The translations under genes were made by a program, and so were the position numbers. DNA of 64,000 nucleotides from an uncultured Candidatus Poseidoniales archaeon (GTDB taxonomy: Archaea > Thermoplasmatota > Poseidoniia > Poseidoniales > Thalassarchaeaceae): assembly GCA_964563355.1 (NCBI GenBank), contig CAZLVU010000003.1:71076-135075 (forward strand), given 5' to 3'. This document shows, piece by piece, positions 20,501 through 29,400 of this stretch (the first letter of the stretch is position 1; each line of letters begins with the position of its first letter). The notes beneath the pieces were generated by a model, which did not search any database, had not been told where the DNA came from, and saw nothing but the letters and a program-made list of their open reading frames with translations.

Positions 20501-20641
20501 CTATGGCTGACTTTCCTGATGTTCGTTGTCCCTGCTGTTTTCGGAGGGGGACTAGCGATTTCCTATCTGGTCAACCGGAAGAAGAAGCAGGGGAGGACTC
20601 GATCCAAGGCCTACATGTACTCAGAAGATATGAGGAAATGA
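17570..20641 (+). CDS. Cell-surface protein: signal peptide, RCC1-like propeller, TSP3-like Ca loop, about 15 Cys-rich GCC2/GCC3-like repeats, C-terminal TM anchor
   Basis: Repeated HTC.ILDD...YCWG.N..GQLGDG; DNDDDGLVNIFDPFP; CxPGxYQ..GQ..C repeats; hydrophobic segment followed by RKKK. Confidence 0.85.
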   Translation: MSTQYAHKRALAFTLAFLFLGMSASLGLQSVDKEELQDESSPMNTHSDLNFPGSTLGSIHSLTAIGAAYNYTCVVMDNNMMKCWGRGGAGYLGNGAISNRYTPDNVSMPANTGAAEMSGADGHHSCFISLNGSFYCWGEDSGGQIGHGHWGGSWWTPHGPSTLGTRTAITVVTGLHHSCGIADDLTAWCWGKNDNGQVGIGGGTENVDTPTQVDLPAGRTAVSINAAIDTTCVVLDNGSGMCWGLNMNGHLGDGTYNDRDVPTPITVLPENRSLVAIEVGFKHTCGILDDGLVYCWGNNTAGQFGDGTNISSTYPRVASLPPGRTAISIDAGSHHTCAILDDSSAYCWGRNQDGQLGDGTTNNSTTPVRVSMPPGLGVAEISAGNFHSCAVATNASVYCWGGHGQGALGLGEDVDSDVPAYVDLGTGRHALMSERDNDDDGLVNIFDPFPDGCPVGTYVSNENCLEAGPGYYADGFEQFPCAPGSYQPASGQVGCIPTYPGYFVNESAAASQTPCPPGSYQPSGNQTSCLQASPGHFSSGSASVLQYECQPGSYQPNSSATACIQSDAGYFVNESAAASQTPCPPGQYQLLTGQSSCFSASPGFQVTSEGSSDQEECGPGTFSASSGQAQCTDASPGFFVSGSQQSSEAPCQPGQYQPASGQTSCMTVDQGYYTSVEGTADQIPCEPGTYQPDAGQISCLVVEPGNYSSTPGSTTQTPCSPGTFSADPGQANCTQAEPGNYVSLDGATSQSPCPPGEYQNVSGSDGCQQAPPGQVVGLDGSSTPSPCPPGKYQPEQGSTSCREASPGNFVNESGAMGQTPCQPGTYQPQSGQAECIPASAGNYASEEGATMQTPCSQGTFQSSEGQDSCTDAMPGHHVPEEGAVSQSSCKPGTYQPEGGQEGCFDASPGNFVSGSGSPSQTPCQPGTYQNNQGMVGCKNADSGNYVPEAGATQQLRCPSGEIQELTGQAECKKPERPLWLTFLMFVVPAVFGGGLAISYLVNRKKKQGRTRSKAYMYSEDMRK
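19010..20482 (+). repeat. Intragenic 102-nt (34-aa) Cys-rich repeat array, 14 full units plus 1 partial
   Basis: Cys codons recur with 102-nt period from TGC 19010 to TGC 20438 with no indels. Confidence 0.85.
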
Positions 20642-20686
20642 TTGACCAATCGGACGAGTTATGAGAATCGAGCCTTTGGCCAATCT

Positions 20687-21733
20687 ATGCGCGACTACCC
20701 GAGTGACCGTGTAGACCTACGCAGTGACACGGTTACCCAACCGACTCCTTCTATGAGGGAGGCCATGGCCGGGGCTACGGTTGGTGACGACGTTCTTGGA
20801 GATGACCCAACTGTAATAGAACTTCAGAACCGCTTAGCGTCAATTCTCGATAAGGAAGCGGGGCTATTCGTTGCCTCGGGAACCATGTGCAACGCCACAG
20901 CGATTAGGGCACAGACAGAGCCCGGTGACGAGATAGTCACAGAGGGTCATAGCCACATCTACATCTACGAAGGAGGGGGATATGCGGCCCTCTCCGGAGT
21001 CTCAGTTGCCCTCGTACCCGGTAGGATGGGAATCATGGACCCCTCTGACGTGGCCAAGGCAATACGCAAGGGCGACGGCAGCCTCGGCCACTACCCAAAC
21101 GGATCGATGGTGTGCGTAGAGAATACCTCGAATAGGGGCGGTGGTACATGTTACTCGCTCCAGACTCTCGACTCCATCGCTGCAGTGGCTCGGGAAAAGG
21201 ACTGCACCGCACATATCGATGGGGCTCGAATATTCAACGCAGCGGTTGCCACCGGGCAAGAAGTTGCCCGCATGGCCAGAGACTATGATTCCGTCTCAAT
21301 TTGCCTCAGCAAGGGTCTCGGCGCACCAGTGGGAAGTGTGTTGGTGGGCTCAAGTGAGATGATTGCTCGCGCCTACAGGTGGCGCAAGATGTTCGGGGGC
21401 GGCATGCGCCAAGCAGGAATAATTGCCGCAGCTGGATTACACGCTCTTGAGAATCACATAGACAGGTTATCAGAGGACCATGCTAGAGCCAGGAGACTCG
21501 CCGAGGCCTTAGAATCCATGTCAGCCTTCACGGTTGATCTGAGGCAGGTCCAGACCAATATGGTATACGTAGAATGCGAGGAAGGCGGAGCAGAAGACTT
21601 GGTTCTGCGCCTATCGGGACACGGAGTTGACACACTTACCATAGACGACTCCTCCATCAGAGCAGTCACCCATCTCCATATCACCGACGCGGACATCGAA
21701 AGGACGATTGCAGCCTTTGAAGCGTCCCAATGA
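20687..21733 (+). CDS. ltaE: Low-specificity L-threonine aldolase
   Basis: [68 protein letters not shown]. Confidence 0.93.
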   Translation: MRDYPSDRVDLRSDTVTQPTPSMREAMAGATVGDDVLGDDPTVIELQNRLASILDKEAGLFVASGTMCNATAIRAQTEPGDEIVTEGHSHIYIYEGGGYAALSGVSVALVPGRMGIMDPSDVAKAIRKGDGSLGHYPNGSMVCVENTSNRGGGTCYSLQTLDSIAAVAREKDCTAHIDGARIFNAAVATGQEVARMARDYDSVSICLSKGLGAPVGSVLVGSSEMIARAYRWRKMFGGGMRQAGIIAAAGLHALENHIDRLSEDHARARRLAEALESMSAFTVDLRQVQTNMVYVECEEGGAEDLVLRLSGHGVDTLTIDDSSIRAVTHLHITDADIERTIAAFEASQ

Positions 21734-22764
21734 CCCGTAATCGTTCAATACGACTCTTCTCTCGGATTACCGTGCGGGGACTCATAGCAATACTCTTGTC
21801 GGCGCTCATATTGATGCCCTTTCAGACCGCAACGGCGTATAGTGAAACGGTTTGGAACGATGCGAGAGAGGGTGTCTACGGGGGTACCATCGGAGGACTC
21901 ACCATCCCTATTTCTGTGAACTCATCGGAGACCATAGCCATGGAGTATGTCTCCGACCTCCCCACAGTAGTTGAGGTATACACTGCAACATGGTGCGTTA
22001 ACTGCATTACCTCTGAACATGCCCTCGACGAGGCGATAGGCTCAACAGAAGTTTCTCGCATACATTATCACAGACACAAGTTCGAGGTTGAGGACCCATT
22101 CGGCAGCAACTCAACCGAAGAGCGATGGGAGGCCAATTACGGGACCGCTTCAACGCTCATCGGAGGGATTACACGCCTAGCTCCAACGACCGTTTTCGAT
22201 GGCGAGAGACTCCACTTGGGCACCGCTTCGAAGTCTGGGAACCTCCAAGAGGACTTCTCCACTTCCCTTGCAGAGGGATCGACCCACCCCTTCAGTGGCA
22301 ATTCACGGCTAAGCCTCTTCTTGTCTAATTCCCATGATGTTATCAATCTCTCTTACGAATTCTCGGGCCCCGGAGAATCCACCCCTCCCAAAATGTGCGT
22401 TGAGGATGTTGATTGCCCTCCTAGCCGTGACATTGACATCTATGCTATGGAAGCGGCGCTGACTCCATGGCTTCTCTTCGTAGAGGAAAGCGCAAACTTC
22501 TCAGAGGGATCAAACGGAGTCGGAGATTACATGCACGTCCTTCACAAGGCAGTTCAGCTACCTGTCAACTCCTTCGCAGGCTCCATCGAGATTGAAAGGC
22601 CTTCACCCTGGGACGGCGACGACATGTCAGCAGTGCTCATTTATGATTGGTCGTTACTGACTCAGGAAACCAACCCTACCGACGATTCAGTAATCCCTGC
22701 TCCGGGCCTAGCCACGCTTCTGTGTTTTCTTGCCGCACTGGTGCCTCGAAGGAATAGCAAATGA
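21730..22764 (+). CDS. Exported thioredoxin-fold (CxxC) protein with PGF-CTERM-like C-terminal sorting signal
   Basis: Signal peptide; VVEVYTATWCVNC; APTTVFDG cis-Pro loop; tail IPAPG + hydrophobic + RR. Confidence 0.65.
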   Translation: MTRNRSIRLFSRITVRGLIAILLSALILMPFQTATAYSETVWNDAREGVYGGTIGGLTIPISVNSSETIAMEYVSDLPTVVEVYTATWCVNCITSEHALDEAIGSTEVSRIHYHRHKFEVEDPFGSNSTEERWEANYGTASTLIGGITRLAPTTVFDGERLHLGTASKSGNLQEDFSTSLAEGSTHPFSGNSRLSLFLSNSHDVINLSYEFSGPGESTPPKMCVEDVDCPPSRDIDIYAMEAALTPWLLFVEESANFSEGSNGVGDYMHVLHKAVQLPVNSFAGSIEIERPSPWDGDDMSAVLIYDWSLLTQETNPTDDSVIPAPGLATLLCFLAALVPRRNSK

Positions 22765-22836
22765 GCCCACAATCCATAGAAATTTTCAGTTGGGTTGAAT
22801 AACCCCTGCCGAGCATGGCGAATGCTCGGTGATGGC

Positions 22837-25800
22837 ATGTCGGCATCTCAGGAATATCGAATAACCAGTGAGGAGGTTCCACGGGGCCCAATACCGGCTT
22901 GGTTGATGGAGCACATGCAGAGACAATCTCTGGATTCCACACCGTTTGAGCAGGGCGGCCCCCCTCGGATCATTACCGTCTACCCAAACGAGAACTCCCG
23001 CAGACAGGCCCTTTCGAATCTTGGGACCAATGCCGCAATAGATGGCACCCTTCATCACACCATGGATTCGCTAATTTCCTCCCTCGTCGCTGACTTAAGA
23101 CTCCCTAGGGTCATTCCAAAAGACGGCCCATTCGAGCTAATCCTTCACGAGGCGTGCAGGGAAGAGGCAGCGAAGCTCAGCTTCCCTCTGATCAATCCTC
23201 TTCCGGAAATGAAGTGGGGAAGAGGTAAGACTGCGGCACTTTCGGAACTGAACTCGTACCTTTCGAGTGAGCATTCTCTCATTGAGTGGGGTGGACCCGG
23301 TGCTGGAACCTACAACAAGATACTCAGGAATCTAGAGAGGAAACTTGGGGGAACCCATCCCGATCTGGTCATTTCCAGAGTAATCAGCAGATTGAGGCTC
23401 CCCGAAGAACCATTCACAATCTCAGATGTCGACGGCATCATAATTCTGAACCAATCTCCAGGTCTTCACAGATCCCACTCAGAGCTCTTACTTTCGATTT
23501 CGCTAATTTGTCCTGTACACCAGTTGTGTTATCCTGGAAACTTCAGACTCGGGCACCATGGATTCATGCTTCTGGATCAGTACCCAATTAGCGACTCCTC
23601 ACAACTTCCCGACTGGATACCGCCCCATCCAATAGAGTCAAAATCCGTACCTACGAAAGTGTCCAGATTTCTACTACAGAGGGAGGCTCACTCATTCGAT
23701 GTAGCGATAGATCTCGTCAGAACTCGCTTGGAGGCAAACTCGGAAGACTGCGTGTTGATTGTAGACCCAGCCCTGGGAAAGAACCGAAATCGTTGGGAAA
23801 GGGCCCTAAGGGGGATAGGGATAGAAATCGCAAAACCAAATTTGACCGCATTATCCCACCCTCTGGGGCACTGGCTCCGATTCCTAGCCTCCCTCCCCCA
23901 CGGCTCGGACGCATTCTCTCTTGAGTCACTTTGTGCTATCTCCCTCCAATCCACAATCCCTGTTTTTGAGAACCCCGGTCCACACCCATCCGAAGAAACA
24001 ATATCGCCTACTGCAGATTTAGAACTCCTGACCAATATTGCCAGAGACAACCACATCCTCGGAGGCCCCGGAGCTCTTTCCAAGTGGATGGGGGCCCTTT
24101 CAAGGGCGCCGATGGAGGAATCAGATTCCAAATCCAAGGAATCCACCCAGTGGTGGCTACTGTGTCTTGCAAGCTCCCTCAGGCCAATCCTATGCTCAAG
24201 TGACTGTAAGGCACTAGACGAAAGTAACCTGTCCATGGGCTGTCAAACAGGTGAGGGGCTACCGTCACCAACTCCTACCTATTCGGGTGACGAATGGCTA
24301 ATCGGGACATTACGAGGTATAGACCTCGAGTCACTGATGGAAAAAAGCCACGGGGACGGCCCCTCTGCTGCCGGAGCGCTGCAGTCGATAGTAGAGAACC
24401 ATCAAAACTTGAGAGAAATGCAACGGAGCGCTGGATATAGCCAACCTGACAAAGGTCCCGACTGGGTAGACGAGTTTTCCTCAATCATTCGAACTACCAC
24501 AGTGCGATCAGGCGAATCAACCTCCAGAGGCAGGGTGACGGTTTCAACTCCCAAGGAGGCACTGGGATGCACGGCCGACCTCACAATTATGGCCAATCTG
24601 TCTAGTTCATCCTGGGTTCTGAAGGTACCTAAGGTCCCCTTCTTGGCCGAAGAAGAGAGGCACTCGTTGAATCTCTTGAGGCCAGACGGACCTATTAGAG
24701 ACGCCAGACACCACCTAATGCACCTCCTTTCCTCATCCGAAGAAGTCGTAGTACTGGATCCTAGCATTGACGACTCCTCACCGGCTGCGGCACCGATAAG
24801 GGAATGGGCCTCGACAAATGTCATTGAAGACGATGTGGAAGAATTCCCCAAGCACGGACAAAAACCCGTGAGTCCACGCGACTTACGTCAACTGGACGGC
24901 CAGCTAATCCGATTCGGAAAACCACCATATCGACGACCAATCAATCCCAGCTCAGTTTCGATATGTTTCGATTCACTGATGCAAGAAGAAAGGGCAATGA
25001 GACAACCATTCATAGCAAGTGATGACGGATACCTCGATGAAGATGCGACTGCTCACATCGTCTCGATAGACAAGGACGACCTCTTCAGAGTAGTACCTCG
25101 TGGATTTACCCATCCCAGGGAAAATGATAGGTGGCCAGTAATAGGTGGGATGACCTCACTCGCTGGCAGGAAAACCCCTACGATAGACCCTCGTCCCCTG
25201 ATGCCCTGCCCCACGGGTTCAGAAGTCAGTGATTCCAGACACGGACATGCACACGAACCACCGCAATCGATTGGAATCTGGTCTCCAACGAGAATCCATG
25301 ATTGGCTCAGGTGTCCAAGGATGGGCTGGTTATCACGAGGAGTCCGGGCCAACAAGCAAGATTCGCAGGATGAAGACCTAGATGGACGGACTCAGGGGAC
25401 TCTTCTTCACAATGTCCATCACGACATTCTCTCTAAAGTGCTAGACCTCGGTGTCGGGGAAGAAAGGCATTTTACAGATCAGTCAATCAGAAACGTGCCA
25501 AGCTCGGCCTTCGAAGACAATGAACTAATGCGAATCGCATTGGAAGCCCTCGACACAAGAGCTCCCTGGTTGGACAGAGCCGATGCAGTGTCCAACCACA
25601 GGCTCAGGGTTTTCACCGGAATGGAACGCGAGCGCTGGAACAGTTGGCTCTCTGAACCGACCCCAGTTCCTCCCTCTGGACGAATCGGTGCGATTGTGAT
25701 GGCCGAGAGGGAAATTTGCTCATCACCGATCTCCCTCGAGTGGAGCATAGGGGAGCACATCCCCGGAGGTGCCCGGATATCCCTTCCAGAAGAACTAACA

Positions 25801-26406
25801 GGAGGAGAACAGCTACCCCCAATCAACGTTCATGGATTCATTGACAGGGTTGATCTACTCCCCTTCGACGAGGATCAGGAGATTTGGTTTGACGAAGACG
25901 GACACGTGTCTGTAGCACCGATCCGTATCATTGGCACGGGATGGAGACCACGAAGGCTAGTAGCAATCAGAGATCTAAAGACCTCTGAGTCCAAGAGTCC
26001 GGAAGAAAGGCACAAGTCCGGACTACTGGAGGAATTGCAACTCGCGTTATACGCCCGCTCTTGGGAGTTAGCGCACCCAGGAGACTTGGTTGTAGGAGCG
26101 GGAATTTCCGTCATCGGTCACAAGTGCAAGCACTTCATCGAAACGTCCTCACTGTACCCAATTTCAAAACCAACAGGGATCGGCCAGATTTCGTCGCACA
26201 CAGCGGCTCTACACAGGTTCATTGATGAGGGTCCCAGCCCAATTGGTGACCACTTCAGGGCATGGCTGGCTCAGCGCCTATCGGTCGCTCTGAGAGTGGC
26301 GGAGAAGGCAGCTATTGGAAGGGTTCACCCCACTCCATCCAAGCACGTCTGCAGGTTCTGCCCCGTGAGCAGCACTTGCCAAGTCAGGGAGGAGGGTGAC
26401 TACTGA
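22837..26406 (+). CDS. AddB-like PD-(D/E)XK nuclease subunit with degenerate helicase region
   Basis: WSPTRI...RCP, QGTLLHNVH, GFIDRVD, IRDLKT, LQLALYA, CRFCPVSSTC; ATG 22837 after GGTGA. Confidence 0.82.
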   Translation: MSASQEYRITSEEVPRGPIPAWLMEHMQRQSLDSTPFEQGGPPRIITVYPNENSRRQALSNLGTNAAIDGTLHHTMDSLISSLVADLRLPRVIPKDGPFELILHEACREEAAKLSFPLINPLPEMKWGRGKTAALSELNSYLSSEHSLIEWGGPGAGTYNKILRNLERKLGGTHPDLVISRVISRLRLPEEPFTISDVDGIIILNQSPGLHRSHSELLLSISLICPVHQLCYPGNFRLGHHGFMLLDQYPISDSSQLPDWIPPHPIESKSVPTKVSRFLLQREAHSFDVAIDLVRTRLEANSEDCVLIVDPALGKNRNRWERALRGIGIEIAKPNLTALSHPLGHWLRFLASLPHGSDAFSLESLCAISLQSTIPVFENPGPHPSEETISPTADLELLTNIARDNHILGGPGALSKWMGALSRAPMEESDSKSKESTQWWLLCLASSLRPILCSSDCKALDESNLSMGCQTGEGLPSPTPTYSGDEWLIGTLRGIDLESLMEKSHGDGPSAAGALQSIVENHQNLREMQRSAGYSQPDKGPDWVDEFSSIIRTTTVRSGESTSRGRVTVSTPKEALGCTADLTIMANLSSSSWVLKVPKVPFLAEEERHSLNLLRPDGPIRDARHHLMHLLSSSEEVVVLDPSIDDSSPAAAPIREWASTNVIEDDVEEFPKHGQKPVSPRDLRQLDGQLIRFGKPPYRRPINPSSVSICFDSLMQEERAMRQPFIASDDGYLDEDATAHIVSIDKDDLFRVVPRGFTHPRENDRWPVIGGMTSLAGRKTPTIDPRPLMPCPTGSEVSDSRHGHAHEPPQSIGIWSPTRIHDWLRCPRMGWLSRGVRANKQDSQDEDLDGRTQGTLLHNVHHDILSKVLDLGVGEERHFTDQSIRNVPSSAFEDNELMRIALEALDTRAPWLDRADAVSNHRLRVFTGMERERWNSWLSEPTPVPPSGRIGAIVMAEREICSSPISLEWSIGEHIPGGARISLPEELTGGEQLPPINVHGFIDRVDLLPFDEDQEIWFDEDGHVSVAPIRIIGTGWRPRRLVAIRDLKTSESKSPEERHKSGLLEELQLALYARSWELAHPGDLVVGAGISVIGHKCKHFIETSSLYPISKPTGIGQISSHTAALHRFIDEGPSPIGDHFRAWLAQRLSVALRVAEKAAIGRVHPTPSKHVCRFCPVSSTCQVREEGDY

Positions 26407-29400
26407 TGAGACTAAACACAGCTCAGAAACTAGCCCTCAATCTCGATTCACATATCGTAATCGATGCTGGTGCAGGAACCGGCAAGACCAGCACCATAAC
26501 CGATCGCGTGATTGAACATTACCTTACCGAGGACCAGAGGGCAACTCGCATCCTTCCCCAACCAGACAGACCCTCCAGACTCAGTGGTGGAATGATCCCA
26601 GCTCCCCCATCCGAGCAGATTGACCTCCAAGAGTGGGGAGGACTTCTGCCAGCGGAAGTAGTTCTGCTAACTTTCACCAACAGGGCGGCTGACGAGATGA
26701 GGGATCGCCTAAGGAAGAAGATCCTCAATCTCAGACCGGGGCCATTGGGGCATGACGGCCAAACAAGAACTGACCCCAGAATCAGACAGGAAGGATTTGT
26801 CGAGCAGCTTTTGACCCTATTGGAGGACGCTCCAATCGGAACAATCGACTCGTTCTTGAACCAGTTAGTTGCACCCTACAGGGGAAAACTAGGAGACGCC
26901 CTAAGCAGAAACAACGTCTCCGACTCCGCTAGGGTCCTGATAACTGAGAAAGCCATGAGGGCGATTTGGAGACTTTCAAGCTCACCATCACGGATAGGGG
27001 ATGCTGTGGATGCGGGGATTCCCGCTCACATCGCTCCACAAGTTCTAGCAGCTAGGGACAGGCTCGCTCAGCACTACTCCAGTCACTGGGCTGCCATGCG
27101 TGTTCTGCGAAGCCTAGCTGGAAAATCGGTTTTCGTCGATGAAGCTGCTAGGGAGTTGATGGATCGCAGTGGAGAATTCAGCCCCGATCTCCTCCGCCAA
27201 CAGATTATTTCCTCCGTGGATGACAAAGATATCCATCGCCACACAGCGAACGTCCATGCCTCGATTTCAGAAATCTGCGAATTGGTCAGGGACAACATCG
27301 CCGTTCTTGCAATTGGGGGATGGCCTACGGACTCCAGGATTGCGAGTTTGGATGCCCTAGACCGAGAAGGGCCCCCGGAGAGCACATGGGAACAACTTCT
27401 TTGGCTGTCCAGAGTCCTTGTTTGCACTGTCAGCAAGTCCTCTCTGTTGAGTCGAGAGATGACATTCTTCCCAAACAAGCACTTCCCATCAGACTCTTGG
27501 ACACCTGGAATCAGAAAATTTTCCGAGATCCAGGATAATAAAACCAAGGAGAGATACGGCAAAGAACTCGGGGAGCAAATTTCTCACCTAAGAGAACTGT
27601 GGAGGAGCAAGCTAGGCAAACTCGTCCTCCATTTCGTTCGTGTAGCCATGCTTCTGGATGACCCGAAGCCGCCTCGGATTCCAAAGGACTGGCAGCCACC
27701 TCTGAAGCCGCTACCCATCCCTCTTCCCGAGAGGCTCGAAGACAATGCAGAACCGAAAGACTTCCACCTCACAATAGAAGCTGAGATCGGAAACCTCCAG
27801 GATCTTCACATGCTCCATCTAGGCTTTCGTGGACTGATAAAAAACTTCAAGGAAATCGAAGAAGTTCATGACTTCGATGATATCCAGAGACTTGCTGGCG
27901 ACCTGCTCCTAGCCAATTGTCCTGATGTTTGCCGATCTTTCTATCCCCCAAACGTCCAAAGTGCACTGGATTCCATAGGCGAGAGTACCTGGCGGGACGA
28001 TCACATCGAAGCTGCCTTCCATGCTCTCTCGGAGATCGAGTCGGACCCCTTTGGGCCAGGAGCATACGCTTCAGACATAGGAGCCGTGAGAAGGGATCTT
28101 GAGTACAGACAAAGCGTACTCAGGAGCATCAGGAGGAGGTATAGGGCCTTCATCATCGACGAGGCACAAGATAACTCCCCACTGCAGTGGAGGATCCTGT
28201 CTAGACTTTGGGGGGAGAGGGAGTTACGAGAAGAGGAACCAGTCGCTCCTGATACACCTTGGCAACCAACTGTGTGCTACGTTGGGGACGTAAAGCAGAG
28301 CATTTACGCATTCAGACAGGCCGAGGTCTCGGGCTTCAGGGAATTTGCCAGGACCCTTCGGGGAATCAACGCTCACGAATTCAATAGCATCCCAGAATTA
28401 ACTCGCAAGCCAGCGTTAAGGAGGGAGTCATCCAGCAGGGACCCTAGGAATGACCTGACCGCAACCATTGCAAAGGCATCTGAGCACATGGAGAAGGGCG
28501 GTCGTGACTTAGTTAGATGGATACCATTTGATGCTACAGATAGGCATCTCCCGGCACCAAGTGCAACCGAGGTCAAGAACCGTAGGAATGGGATGATCTC
28601 TTTACAGGTAAATTACCGCTCCCAGGGCGGCATCCTCAATGCGATGAACGAGTGGTGGGAGGACGTACTTTCCGAAGGGTACCACCAGCTTCCGAAGGGT
28701 GATTTCTACGCAGAACCCCAGATCCTGCACCCTTGCCCCGACAAGATCAACAGCCCCGGTTCCATTGAGTGGATTTGCCCACTCAGCACTGGGAGCCCTT
28801 CAAACCCAATAACCGACTTGGGGGCACCAATCGATCCGTTCGGGCCCGGCAAACCAGACTCTCTAGAGAGACAGGCGCTGCTCATTGCCCTAAGGGTACG
28901 CAGCCTAATCGAATCATCTCCTCTCAGGGTACGGTCAGCGGACGGTAGTTGGCACGAGGTCGAAGCAGACGAGACCATCGCTCCGAGTGACATATTGATC
29001 CTGCTTCCAACCAGGCCCAAGATTAGAGACATCATCGTCAGACATCTCCAAATTCTAGGGATTCCCTCACAAGTCGATCGAGAGGGAGGGCTTCTCCAGA
29101 GGCCCGCAACCCACGCTCTGCATGGACTTCTGCAGCTCGCTGCAAGACCATCCTCCAGACACCATGCAACCTGGGTCGCCCGTTCGGAACTCATCGGATT
29201 TGACGACTCCCAGTTGCACTCATTCTTGGACGGTGCCGATGACGGTGAGAATCTGCTGCGCAGATTGGCCGAATGCTCAGACAACCCCCGTCAGCGTTCA
29301 CTGGTTGATAGGTGGTGCCATTTGTCCGATTCCTCACGAATCATCGACCTATTGGAAGAGTCTGCGGATTTCTCCGACCTGCTCATTTCCCACCCAGACC

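Noticed and set aside
22837-26406. PD-(D/E)XK nuclease with four Cys considered as Cas4 or a defence system
   Set aside because: 1190-aa size and coupling to a UvrD helicase-nuclease fit AddB; no array or cas genes in the window
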